DNA of 64,000 nucleotides from Vulcanimicrobiota bacterium. GTDB taxonomy: Bacteria > Vulcanimicrobiota > Vulcanimicrobiia > Vulcanimicrobiales > Vulcanimicrobiaceae. Under the pieces are notes generated by a model. That model had not been told where the DNA came from. It saw nothing but the letters and a program-made list of their open reading frames with translations, and did no database searches. The stretch's first letter is position 1. Each line of letters begins with the position of its first letter. The translations under genes and the position numbers were made by a program. Below, one piece after another: positions 18,819 to 28,597 of the stretch. The stretch spans positions 32,001-96,000 of the forward strand of contig CAVZQC010000003.1 of the NCBI GenBank assembly GCA_963777315.1, read 5' to 3'.

Positions 18819-21800
18819 CTACCGGCTTGCCCCCCAGCCGAAGATGCGATCGATGAGGGTTGTGAACGTGAAATAGAATCCCTTGCGTTGCGGCTTTCCG
18901 CTCAACGTCGGATCGATGCTCCCGGAAAAATTGTATCCGGCTGCCAGACGCGCGTCGTTGCCGATTGTGTAACCCGCCTCGGCGGCCACGTCGGTCGTTT
19001 GCGCACCGGGAACGTTGGCCGCATTCAACATCCGCAGCTCAGCGCCCACGTCGAACCGCGTTCCGACGTTTTGACGGGCCCGTAGTCCGAAAAGTGAGGT
19101 GTGGGCGGCGTAATAGCCGTCTCCGTCGAGTTTCTCGGCCACTCTTCCAGCCAGTTCGAACGTATTCCATGGCCGGTACACTTCTTCGAAGGAAAGCACG
19201 TCGGTGCGCTCGGGCAGCAAGGACGAAGTTCCGGTGAGGCGCTCATAGCCGAGCAACGATACCAAGGTGTCGTTGTTCTGCGGACGATAGGCGAGCGAGA
19301 TGCGGTCGTCGGCGGCGTTCGTGCCGCTTCCGGAAACCTGATTGAGCGTTCCGAGCACCGCAATATTCGGTCCGACGTGGCCGGTAAGACCTCCGCTGAA
19401 CGTGGTTCCTCCCAGCGACCCGGTACGCGACTGATATGCCAGGGCCGCGCGAAAATCTTTGGAATCGGAATAGGCAACCGAGCCGCCGTAGACGGTAAAT
19501 CCTGCGGCGCCCGCGCCGGACGCGTTCGCCTGCTGCATCGTGAGGTTTCCACTGAGCCGTTTACCGATGCTGAATTTTTGCGTGACGCCGAGCGCGGAGT
19601 AGATGTCAGTAGCGTTTCCGGTATCCGTAATCAGATAATCGCTCTCAACGTTCATGGCCGGGCTCATCGCGCGTTCGAAGCCGATTTGCGTCGAACGCGT
19701 TCCAAGGTTCGTCAATCCGAGCGCGCCTGCAGATTGCGCGAACGCCGTTGCAGCAGAATCGCTGAGCAGTTGCCGCACGAACACTTTGCTGCGGTCGTCG
19801 AACGCATAACTCAATTCAGCGGAGGTTTGTGCCGGCTGCGTGGTCTGCGCGGTTGCTCCGGTCAGATCCTGATCGCGCTGAACGTTCAAGCCGACGCGCT
19901 TGCTCGGTTTCCAGTCGAAGCCGAGCTGAGCTTGCATTTGCGTGGAGCGTTGCAGCACATTCGGCTCAGGGGAGCTGCCCGTGAGCGGCGGCGATATGGT
20001 CAGTGGAACGTTTTGCTGCGCGTGCGCCTGGACGCCGAACAGCAGCGAAATCGTTTTGTTCACCGCTGTATTCCACAGCAGGCTCGCGTTGTTTTGCGCG
20101 TCTTCAACGCCCGCTCCATGATTGCGCTGGCCATCGGCTTCGAGCGTCAACGTCTGGCCGGGCGCTGCATGACGAGACCACGCAACGCGATAATTGGTAA
20201 AGCCCGGCGAGGATATCCCGCCGAACGGGTCGGCGAAACCGGCTGCGGTGTCTTGATACAGCGCGTCGATTTGATTGGGGCCAATGCGGTCGTTCAAGGT
20301 GAGATCGATCGCGTTGCCGCCGCCCCCGCTCGAAAGTTGACCCCCCGTAACGCCGGGCGCCGACCCCGAACTCGACGCGTGTGAAAGTATCCACTGGCCG
20401 CCCGGAAGCTTTCCGGTTAATGATTGCGAGACCAAGGAGAAGTTCGATGCTCCGGTGGCATCGTTGACGTAGGAAACGCGCAGTTTGGCTGCCGCTGAGC
20501 CGCCGATATCGACCCATGCGTTGCCTCCGGTTACTGCCGAATGCGTGGCGATTCCTTGATACTGATACTGCAGCTGCAGCACCTGAGGATTGAAATAGGG
20601 GTCGAACGGCAGCGGAACGTTGATGAAACGCAGCGTTCCGGTTGCATAATCTATCGTGTAATCGACGTTTCGAATCAACGGCGTTTGCGAGATGACGGCG
20701 CCGGTTCGCCGGTCTATCGACGCAAGGGTGATGTAATCGGATCCGACGACGATGTCGGGCTGCAGCGGCTGCGCAAGCGTCAAAAGGCCGCTCACGGGAA
20801 TGGTCGTCGAGACGTACGCCACTTGATTGCGCGCCGTGAACGCGTTCACATGAATGTGAGAATCCTTGTTCGCCAACTCGACTTTTGCACCCGAGAGCAA
20901 CTGTCGATACGCGCCAACCGCGTTGTCATCGCCGGCGGTTGCTTGAAATTGTCCCCACATGATACTGTCGCGTCCGCTGTCGAGGCGTGCGTACAACCGA
21001 TCGTTGGACTCAAAATCGGAAGATCGCGTCGAGGAATCTCCATAGGTTTGATACGGGCGTTCGTTCGGATCGTCCACGAAGGGACCATACGAAGAGAGCG
21101 GGGCAAGCGTGTTCTGCGACTCGTACGCAACGGTCAGCAGAGACTGTTTGCCGACGCGGCCGCTGGCAAACAGTGCAGCGCGTGCCCGGCGCGCGCTGCC
21201 GCCGTCGTCTACGCCATCGCCGTCGACCGCAATCGGCACGGCTCCGGCGCCTACGCTGACCAGTCCGTTGACCAGCGGTTTACGCAGATAGGGCGCGACG
21301 TACAGCGTTTGTGCAGACGTGAGTTCGCCCGCCGCGATTTGCAGCGTGATGTCGCCGGCCGTCAGCCCGGGAACGATGGGAATGCCGACATGCCCTCCGA
21401 GGCCGAGCTGCGCGGTGAAAACCGCGTTTTCGCTGCCGGGCGAGGCTGTGGGCGCCGGCGACGCGCCGGTGGTCGCCGACGGTAAGCCGGCGGATGCAAA
21501 GCGCGCATCGCCGCGCATGAGCGTGACCTTCACTGGGACTCCCGCCATCGCGGGATCCCCCCAGCGGTCCGTCGCGGAAACATCGAGCAATACGGCGCTT
21601 CGGCCGTCGGCCACGAGCGTGCCTTGCAACTGGGTGCGCAGCGTTGCGGGAGGCCCGCAACCGTAGATTAACGCCGTTGCCGAAGCTCCGCGCAACCCTG
21701 CTGCGCCTATCGGGGTGGCGACGAGCTCATTTGGGCCGGGCTTGAGGACGACGCCGAAATATTCGAACTGCGCCGTTCCCCCTTTGGCCGAAGCGGTACG

Positions 21801-22148
21801 GCGTCCGATGCGGGTAAGCGGCACGAGTTCGCCGTTCACGCGCAGCTCCACGCCGGCGCCGTACACCGTGTCGACGACGACTCGCGTTGCAACTGAAGGC
21901 GATACCGTTTTGTCGGACGGAAAAGCGAACGATGCCGTCAGCGGGCCGGTCGCGGTGTACGATTCATGCGCAAGATCCGCGTACTTGATCGAATTCGGCG
22001 ACTCGGACGGTGCCGGGCTCGGGCTGGAGATCGGCGCGGCAACGTCGTCGCCGGTGGCCCCCGATCGCGTCGCCGCCGCGCAGATCAACGAAATGGCAAT
22101 CATCATGGCGCCGATTCGGCGAAGCGCATGTGCGATGGCGATTGTCAT
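18819..22148 (-). CDS. Large outer-membrane beta-barrel protein with N-terminal Ig-like domains
   Basis: Signal peptide, Ig-like region (LKPGPNELVA), YQTYGDSS, DYTIDYATGTL and a long C-terminal run of amphipathic strands. ATGA overlap with the upstream gene. Confidence 0.75.
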   Translation of the reverse strand: MTIAIAHALRRIGAMMIAISLICAAATRSGATGDDVAAPISSPSPAPSESPNSIKYADLAHESYTATGPLTASFAFPSDKTVSPSVATRVVVDTVYGAGVELRVNGELVPLTRIGRRTASAKGGTAQFEYFGVVLKPGPNELVATPIGAAGLRGASATALIYGCGPPATLRTQLQGTLVADGRSAVLLDVSATDRWGDPAMAGVPVKVTLMRGDARFASAGLPSATTGASPAPTASPGSENAVFTAQLGLGGHVGIPIVPGLTAGDITLQIAAGELTSAQTLYVAPYLRKPLVNGLVSVGAGAVPIAVDGDGVDDGGSARRARAALFASGRVGKQSLLTVAYESQNTLAPLSSYGPFVDDPNERPYQTYGDSSTRSSDFESNDRLYARLDSGRDSIMWGQFQATAGDDNAVGAYRQLLSGAKVELANKDSHIHVNAFTARNQVAYVSTTIPVSGLLTLAQPLQPDIVVGSDYITLASIDRRTGAVISQTPLIRNVDYTIDYATGTLRFINVPLPFDPYFNPQVLQLQYQYQGIATHSAVTGGNAWVDIGGSAAAKLRVSYVNDATGASNFSLVSQSLTGKLPGGQWILSHASSSGSAPGVTGGQLSSGGGGNAIDLTLNDRIGPNQIDALYQDTAAGFADPFGGISSPGFTNYRVAWSRHAAPGQTLTLEADGQRNHGAGVEDAQNNASLLWNTAVNKTISLLFGVQAHAQQNVPLTISPPLTGSSPEPNVLQRSTQMQAQLGFDWKPSKRVGLNVQRDQDLTGATAQTTQPAQTSAELSYAFDDRSKVFVRQLLSDSAATAFAQSAGALGLTNLGTRSTQIGFERAMSPAMNVESDYLITDTGNATDIYSALGVTQKFSIGKRLSGNLTMQQANASGAGAAGFTVYGGSVAYSDSKDFRAALAYQSRTGSLGGTTFSGGLTGHVGPNIAVLGTLNQVSGSGTNAADDRISLAYRPQNNDTLVSLLGYERLTGTSSLLPERTDVLSFEEVYRPWNTFELAGRVAEKLDGDGYYAAHTSLFGLRARQNVGTRFDVGAELRMLNAANVPGAQTTDVAAEAGYTIGNDARLAAGYNFSGSIDPTLSGKPQRKGFYFTFTTLIDRIFGWGASR

Positions 22149-24316
22149 CGTGTATCCTGCAGAGCGAAGTTGACGTCTTCCATGAGGCCGTCGTCGAAGA
22201 GTCCGTGCACCAAACGCTGCATCGACCACGTGCTGTTCATGCGCGCGTTCGAGAAGGGACGAACGGTCTGCGGAATCGTCGCCGGATCCACGCGTAGCAC
22301 GTGCATCCCGGGCCTCACGGCCGCGAACGAGTAGCGTCCGTTCTGATCCGTAAGGACGGAGCTCCCGTCCTCCAGAAAGATACGCACGCCCGCAATGCCC
22401 TCATCGCCTGTGCTGAACCGTCCGGTGCGATGCACGTCCAGAAACACGCGGCCCGTGATCACGCCGCGCTGCGAGAACGCTCCGGCGACCACGCGTACGT
22501 CGGCAGTTGCGCCGGCCGTCGCCGAAACGGCGGTTCCCGGAATCTTCGCTGAAGCGGTCACCGTGTTGACGAGCGTCGTTCCGGCCACCGCTGATGGAAA
22601 AACGAGGGCGGCGTAGACGATGTCGTGCGTCGTCGAGGGAGGTAACGCCGGAACGTTCCAGGTCAGAACGCGCCCGTTTACCGAAGGTTCCAGCGGCGTT
22701 GAGTCCATGCGCGCCGTGCCGGGTGCGTACGATTCGCCCGGCGGAAGCACGTCCGCTACTTGCGTTTCACCGAGTCCGGATTGCGATGGATTCCCGAATT
22801 GGATCGTGTAGATCAGCCGATCTCCGGGCTGCGCGACCGGCTTATCCACCGCTTTGCTCACCGAGATCGATCGCGCGGTGAACAGCGGGACGTTTCCGAA
22901 CAATCCGAACACGTTGGCAAGCGTTACGTTGGCGGAAGTCAGCACAAAACCACCTGCTTGCGCCAGCGGCTGACCGTCCAGCGACGAAGCCGTGACGTCG
23001 TACAGCATCTTGCCGGCATCGAGTTTTATAATCAGACCGATCTTGCGGTTCATGAATCCCGGAGCGGTAATCGTCAGGAAAAACTGCGATCCCCCGGGCG
23101 CAATCATGCTCGGCGCGACCGCGAAGGAATACGCGCCGTTCGCGCCGGTGGTGAACGGATTCTGCGTGTTCGCCGTATCGACGGGCGGCACGCCGCTCAT
23201 ATTCACCGGTTTACCGTTTGCATCCAATAGCGTGACGACTGCTGCGCCCACCGGGCGATCGGCATTTGAAGGATCGAAAACGAGGTTTGCAGTCCCGATC
23301 AGCACGCTCGCAGGCGTCGTATTGGTGGCGGATACGCCGTCGGCCGCCACTTGCGCAACGTTGGTGAAGGTCGCACCGGTCGTCGAATTGGCCAGAACCG
23401 AGGCAGTAAAGGAGACGTCGAACGTCGCCCCGGCCGCAACCGAAGGAATGCGGACCGACAGCGTCCGACCGGAAAGCGTCGCAGCCGAACCCGCCGGCGA
23501 CCCGTCGAGCAGCACCGACGAAAGATTCGCTTGCAATCCGGCCGGAACAACATCGGTGACCACCACGTTCGTCGCTGCCGCTTCGCCCGAGTTCTTCGCG
23601 CGAATGTCGAACGTGACGTCGGCGCCGGGGTTGGACTGTACGATCAGCTGCTGATCGACCGTTTTCGATATCTGCGTCGCAGGGCCGCCGATCCCGGTGA
23701 ATTGCGGACCTTGCGCTGCCAAGGCCCATTGCATGCCGGTGTCGCTTTGCAATCCGTTGGAGGTACCTGCGACCGTGGTTTGCGCCGTAATGGAAAGCGG
23801 AAACGCCGTTCTAAGCGCGATGCCGCCCGTTGAAACGACGATCTGCAACTCAATGGAGTCACCCGGCGGGACGCTGGGCGAAACCGTCGATCCAATCGTC
23901 GCGGGATACGATGCGCCGCCTGCGACGAACGCCGCGGAGAGCAGCTTACCGGGACCGGTGCTTGCGGTCTGGATCGTGTACGCGTCGGTGACGTTGCTGA
24001 CGTTCGTGATTGTGAACGCGCGCGTCACGTTCGATCCGGCGGCGTAGGCGTCGGTCGCCGGATCGACTTTCGATTCCTTCGGCGTGACGGTGAGCGCTCC
24101 GACCGGCGCGTACGTTGTAATCACCGGGTTCGAATCGGCAACATAACTCTGCCCCGAACCGTCTTCATATGTGGCGGTCGCGGTGTTCTGCACTTTGGAG
24201 CCTGCCGGAGTCGCGGTAATCATCGGCCTGAAAGGCGCCGCCTGCAGCAGTCCCGGTGCGAGCGCAGCCAGCGCGAACACGGGGAGAATCTGCCGAACAA
24301 CGCGTGCGATGTTCAC
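22145..24316 (-). CDS. Secreted multi-DUF11 protein with C-terminal SdrD-B/CnaB-like domain (putative base subunit)
   Basis: Signal peptide; [83 protein letters not shown]. Confidence 0.8.
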   Translation of the reverse strand: MNIARVVRQILPVFALAALAPGLLQAAPFRPMITATPAGSKVQNTATATYEDGSGQSYVADSNPVITTYAPVGALTVTPKESKVDPATDAYAAGSNVTRAFTITNVSNVTDAYTIQTASTGPGKLLSAAFVAGGASYPATIGSTVSPSVPPGDSIELQIVVSTGGIALRTAFPLSITAQTTVAGTSNGLQSDTGMQWALAAQGPQFTGIGGPATQISKTVDQQLIVQSNPGADVTFDIRAKNSGEAAATNVVVTDVVPAGLQANLSSVLLDGSPAGSAATLSGRTLSVRIPSVAAGATFDVSFTASVLANSTTGATFTNVAQVAADGVSATNTTPASVLIGTANLVFDPSNADRPVGAAVVTLLDANGKPVNMSGVPPVDTANTQNPFTTGANGAYSFAVAPSMIAPGGSQFFLTITAPGFMNRKIGLIIKLDAGKMLYDVTASSLDGQPLAQAGGFVLTSANVTLANVFGLFGNVPLFTARSISVSKAVDKPVAQPGDRLIYTIQFGNPSQSGLGETQVADVLPPGESYAPGTARMDSTPLEPSVNGRVLTWNVPALPPSTTHDIVYAALVFPSAVAGTTLVNTVTASAKIPGTAVSATAGATADVRVVAGAFSQRGVITGRVFLDVHRTGRFSTGDEGIAGVRIFLEDGSSVLTDQNGRYSFAAVRPGMHVLRVDPATIPQTVRPFSNARMNSTWSMQRLVHGLFDDGLMEDVNFALQDTR

Positions 24317-24340
24317 GCCGGATGCGCTAAACGCTTCCCG

Positions 24341-26674
24341 TTATTTCGCGATCACCGCGAAGTACAGGATGCCGCCGACCTGTGGCGTCAGCACGAACGT
24401 ACCGCCGCCGACTTGATCCATGAACGCGTTGGATGCGACCGCGTTGCCGTTGTCGTTGGGCGTGCTGGATCCGCCGACGACCGCGTACGTCGAGCCCGTG
24501 GTGTTGTCGCCGCAGGTTCCCGCAACGTTGCCGCACTGATTGGTTACCGCAGCACCCGAGGTGAGCGCTTCCTTCAATCCACCCGAATACGTGGCCCAGG
24601 TATTCGTGCCGGCGCCGCCGTCTTCGGTGATTTTTAGCGTTCCCGCGACCATCGCGAGGGCAACGTTTCCTGCTCCACTGACCGTGCTTACCGGAAGCGT
24701 ATTGAGATAGGCGACTTTGTATTGGATTACGCCGGCCGGACAAACGCCGTTCGCCGGAACGGAAGCACCCGCGGGACACCCGGTTGAGAGCACGGTTGCG
24801 GTTTTTTGCAGCGAGATGAAGCCGCCCGGCATGAGCACGTGATAGGTCGAGTTACTGTACGATCCGGATGCTTGTGAGGTCGCGAGCACCTGAACGTATA
24901 TTGGATTGAAGTCCGTCGGCGCGTTTGCTCCGCTTGCGCTGCTGTATTTCACGCAGTACGGCGCGGTCGCGCTCGCCGAAACGGAGATCTGATAGTTGCC
25001 TGAGCCGTCTTTGGTAGCCAGATTCGTGCAGTTATAGTCCGTGTACACGCCGGTCACCGTGACGGCCGCCGGCAGGCTCGGAAACGTAAAGGAGTACGTG
25101 TCGTTGCCGCTCGACGTATTCTGAAGATCGCCTGGAACGTTGAGCACCGTGCCGCCGGGGAGCTGGGCGCCGAACGTGCCGTTGGATCCCAGACTCGCTT
25201 GCGTGAAATCGGTGTTGGTAGTGTTGCTGCCGCAGGTCGCGGTGTTGTAGCAGCCGGAAGCGCCGGCGGCGCCTTTCGGGCCGTTGAGCACACCGGGAAC
25301 GTTGCTGGTCGTAGTATTCGACAGGCCGTTGGCCGCAGGATTTCCGCTCGCGGCATTATACGCGGTCGATGGATCGGCGGTACCGTTATTGGGAACCGTT
25401 CCCGGCGCGATGCCCGGACCTTCTACAAAGCCCGCGTTGTCCGCGTATGCCGTGACCGCGACGTTCTTGATCGCATTTCCGGGCGGCAAGTTGGTGAGCG
25501 TGAGCGTAAACTCCAGTTCCGCTTGCGCGTTGCTGACGTTGCCTGCACTCGACCCCGACGACCCGACCGGAATCGCCCCGGTACCGGTGATGTAAACACC
25601 CACAAAGTACGCGGTGCCGGCGGATGGAGCGGTGGTCGTCCAGCCGGATTTTCCCGTGTTGTCCGTGGTGTAGACGATCGTTGCGGTGTCGCCCGCGATG
25701 CTGATGTTCTTGGTGATGCTGGCGCTCGAAACGGTAAGCGGCACGCCGCCGTTTTGCGGAATCTTGTCGGTGACCAGGATGCCGTTGTTGGTTGCGCTGA
25801 GCGCCGAGCCGGTAATCGTCGTACCGCTTTGGCGAATCGACTGCAGCAACTGCGCGGGCGCAGCGCCGCCGTTGTTCACGTCGATCGTGTAGGTGAGGGT
25901 ATTGCCCGAAACGACGCCGGCGGTTTTCTGCAAATCCAAGCGTGCGTCGGCGACGACCGTATCGCCGTACGTGTTCGATACCGCATTGGACGTCGAAGCG
26001 CCGTAATTCGAACCGGTCCCCGGATAAGTGATCGTCGCACCGGCAACCGTAGTGCCCACGGTGCCGGATCCCGCCGTTGTGACTTTATATTGAATCGCCA
26101 CGTTGATGAACGCGCCTGCTGGCAGGCCGTAGACGTTCGTGTTTGCGGCCGTCGAAAGATACGTATTGGCTGCGGCGACCGTCGCGAACGTATGCGGCAC
26201 GCCGTCCGTACCGGTGACGATGACGTTTTGGAACGTACCGGGTCCGCTGACCGTCGACGTGCCGGCGCCGAGCTGAAAGTAGCCGCTGGAATTTCCGGTG
26301 TTCGTCAGCGTGTAAATGTCGTTGATGACGTTGCCGTACACAATGGGACCGGCCGGCACGTTTTGATTTTGCGTGGTCGAACCCGGCGCAGTTCCGTTGT
26401 TCGTCGTGATCACCAGCGAAGGCGCGTTCTGGACGAACGTCTGGACTTGATTGGACGTCGAGCTGTAGGTGTTCGTGCCGTCGCTGTATGATGCGCTGGC
26501 GGTGTTGTTGATCGCGGTACCCGGCGCGGTGGAGGATGTCGGCGTTGGCATCGGCGTGTAGATTGGCGGCGGCGTGGCGGCAATGGCGGGTGAAACGCCG
26601 ATTCTCACCGCCGCAAGAGCCAGCCCACAGGCCAGAACGAAAAGCAGGGCCAGCAGGCCGCGCGAAGTCTTCAC
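24341..26674 (-). CDS. Secreted T/S/G/N-rich DUF11 protein (putative major fibre subunit)
   Basis: GAGG RBS + GTG; signal peptide; TAPGTAINNTASASY; LDLQK..LTYTIDVNNGG..VTDKIP; ISLQK..PAGVIQYKVAYLN; paired Cys; ends LYFAVIAK. Confidence 0.8.
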   Translation of the reverse strand: MKTSRGLLALLFVLACGLALAAVRIGVSPAIAATPPPIYTPMPTPTSSTAPGTAINNTASASYSDGTNTYSSTSNQVQTFVQNAPSLVITTNNGTAPGSTTQNQNVPAGPIVYGNVINDIYTLTNTGNSSGYFQLGAGTSTVSGPGTFQNVIVTGTDGVPHTFATVAAANTYLSTAANTNVYGLPAGAFINVAIQYKVTTAGSGTVGTTVAGATITYPGTGSNYGASTSNAVSNTYGDTVVADARLDLQKTAGVVSGNTLTYTIDVNNGGAAPAQLLQSIRQSGTTITGSALSATNNGILVTDKIPQNGGVPLTVSSASITKNISIAGDTATIVYTTDNTGKSGWTTTAPSAGTAYFVGVYITGTGAIPVGSSGSSAGNVSNAQAELEFTLTLTNLPPGNAIKNVAVTAYADNAGFVEGPGIAPGTVPNNGTADPSTAYNAASGNPAANGLSNTTTSNVPGVLNGPKGAAGASGCYNTATCGSNTTNTDFTQASLGSNGTFGAQLPGGTVLNVPGDLQNTSSGNDTYSFTFPSLPAAVTVTGVYTDYNCTNLATKDGSGNYQISVSASATAPYCVKYSSASGANAPTDFNPIYVQVLATSQASGSYSNSTYHVLMPGGFISLQKTATVLSTGCPAGASVPANGVCPAGVIQYKVAYLNTLPVSTVSGAGNVALAMVAGTLKITEDGGAGTNTWATYSGGLKEALTSGAAVTNQCGNVAGTCGDNTTGSTYAVVGGSSTPNDNGNAVASNAFMDQVGGGTFVLTPQVGGILYFAVIAK

Positions 26675-26687
26675 TGATGTTCCTCGA

Positions 26688-27191
26688 TTACGGCTTTTTG
26701 GCGGCGGGATGTCCGTTGACGCGCACTTCATAGCTGAACGTCTGCGTCTTATGCGGTGCAAGTGCCCGTGGCGCGATCCAGCGCACGGCCTTGTACAACG
26801 CCGGGTCGGCGGCTTTCACGAGCGTTCTTCGCGGCGTCTTCACCGAAAAGGCCGGCCGGGCGGACCAGCTCTTCCCATCCAGCGTGTATTGGACGGCGGC
26901 ATCGTCGCCGCGCGCAGACTGCAGAACGTATGAAGTTGCTTGGGGGATGGGGCCGACCGGAACGAGTTTGAACGCGGGAGAGGTTCCTACGTTCGTCGCG
27001 ACGATCGTGTAGCGAACGAGATCGCCGGCCTTGAGCGTCAGCCCTTGCACGGGCGTTTGTTTGATTTGACCGTTGCTATGCTGCACAAGCACGCCGCTCA
27101 AATGCAGTTTCACCGCGGGTGCCGCCGCGGCTGCCGCCGAGCAGCACGCAAAAATCGCGCCCAACAGTAAAGGCGCGCGCAGAACTCTCAT
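26688..27191 (-). CDS. Small secreted protein with a single incomplete DUF11-like domain
   Basis: GGAGG RBS; signal peptide; KAGDLVRYTIVATNVG..GPIPQATSYV..YTLDGKSWS..AVRW..FSYEVRVN. Confidence 0.8.
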   Translation of the reverse strand: MRVLRAPLLLGAIFACCSAAAAAAPAVKLHLSGVLVQHSNGQIKQTPVQGLTLKAGDLVRYTIVATNVGTSPAFKLVPVGPIPQATSYVLQSARGDDAAVQYTLDGKSWSARPAFSVKTPRRTLVKAADPALYKAVRWIAPRALAPHKTQTFSYEVRVNGHPAAKKP

Positions 27192-27336
27192 GTATCCTCC
27201 CAACAGCGTGCGGTGCACCGGACCGCAACGCTTATTAGCACCACTATCGGAAGGGAAGGCTCGCGCTATAGGTGTCCGGCACTGTACATACGAAAATTTA
27301 ACGCTGCACCGCTCGAGCTCAGCACGCCCACCGATT

Positions 27337-27860
27337 TCACTTCAGCGCGTCGCCGTACTTACCCGAGAGGTTCTCATTTACTTGACCGGTTTCGCCGGCC
27401 CAGGGCTGCTTGGAGTCCTTCATGTCCGTCATCGTCGCAACCAAGGTATAGCGCGGGTTGATCCTCCTGGCGGCGGTTGGAATAAAACAGCACGATACGA
27501 TGCTGCAGCTTGAGATGAGCCGCTTGGACGACGATGCTCCGAAACGTCGTGATACGTGTAATGTCAGGTCTCCGAATGGACCCTCGATGTTCGTGGCGCT
27601 CTCCAATGCTTCGGATTTCAAGACGCGTTTAAACGCCGTGCCTCGCGTACGCGTAGCGATCATAATATGTTCTTCGTACGGAGCGCTTGCAACGGAAAAG
27701 CCGCGTATTGCCTTCGCTGTCGTTCTCAGGCGGAATTGGAAAGCGTGATGTCGATAAACTGCCCGGCCGTAAACGTCCAATCGGCCGGCTTTGAAATTCG
27801 AAAGCCATCGTGCCCTTAGCGGCTTGCTCGCCTTAAGCGGCGATATAAACGTCGGCCACC
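27337..27860 (-). pseudogene. Decayed ferredoxin-NADP+ reductase-like FAD/NAD oxidoreductase
   Basis: Fragments in alternating frames: GTMAFEF, FTAGQFIDITL, RGFSVASAP, TAFKRVL, IEGPFGDLTLH, ITTFRSIV, IVLFYSNRR, YTLVATMT. Internal deletions remove the AGGIG segment. Start is approximate. Confidence 0.8.
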
Positions 27861-27951
27861 AAACCGCACAGATAACGTGGACATTTGCCCCCTACGGTGC
27901 AACGATGAATCGCGACATTTTTGCTGGGCCGCGGCCCAACGCTACGATAGT

Positions 27952-28507
27952 ATGAGGCGCATGCTGCTCACGCTCGGACATGGAACTGCGGCTGAGGATG
28001 AACTTGCGGCAATCATTCGTGGAGCGGGGTTCGAGTCGCTCGTCGACGTCCGCACTGTCCCTAAGAGCCGTCGTCATCCGCAGTTTTGGCGCAAAGAGAT
28101 GGAACGCTGGGTCCCGGAACGCAGTAGAAGCGCGTATCGGTGGGAGCCGGCTTTGGGCGGCTTTCGAAAAGCCAATCGCAATAGCCATAACGTCGCCTTG
28201 CGTCATCCTTCATTTCGCTGGTATGCCGATTACATGGAGACCGATGCCTTCGCAGTCGCGCTCGACGACCTTCTCGCGCAAACGAGGACGGCGCAGGTGG
28301 CGATCATGTGTTCCGAAACCGTTTGGTGGCGCTCTCACCGCCGGCTGATATCGGATGCCGCGCTCCTGCTTCATGGCGTTTCCTGTGCAGCACGTAATGC
28401 ACGATGGCAAACTTCGGCCGCACATTCCCACGGCCGGTGTTCGCACGACGGCGGAGGGAACGCTCCGTTATGACGTACTGTTCGAGACCGCTGACGCTAT
28501 GGATTAG
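27952..28507 (+). CDS. DUF488 family protein with one frameshift near the C-terminus
   Basis: TLGHG, LVDVR..P.SRRHPQF, LGGFR, IMCSE..WWRSHRRLISD. Removing one T at 28379-28381 restores HGVPVQHVMHDGKLRPH...MD*. Confidence 0.85.
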
Positions 28508-28597
28508 ACGAGATTTATATGGCAACGCCATCCGGTCGGATTGATGCCGACTTGATGAGGCGGTACGTGTTGCTGGCCGGTAAAACGACCTTATGTT

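Noticed and set aside
17310..27191. DUF11 operon as a known type IV, sortase, chaperone-usher or curli system
   Set aside because: No prepilin cleavage motif, ATPase, LPXTG/sortase, PapD-like chaperone or curlin repeats are visible.
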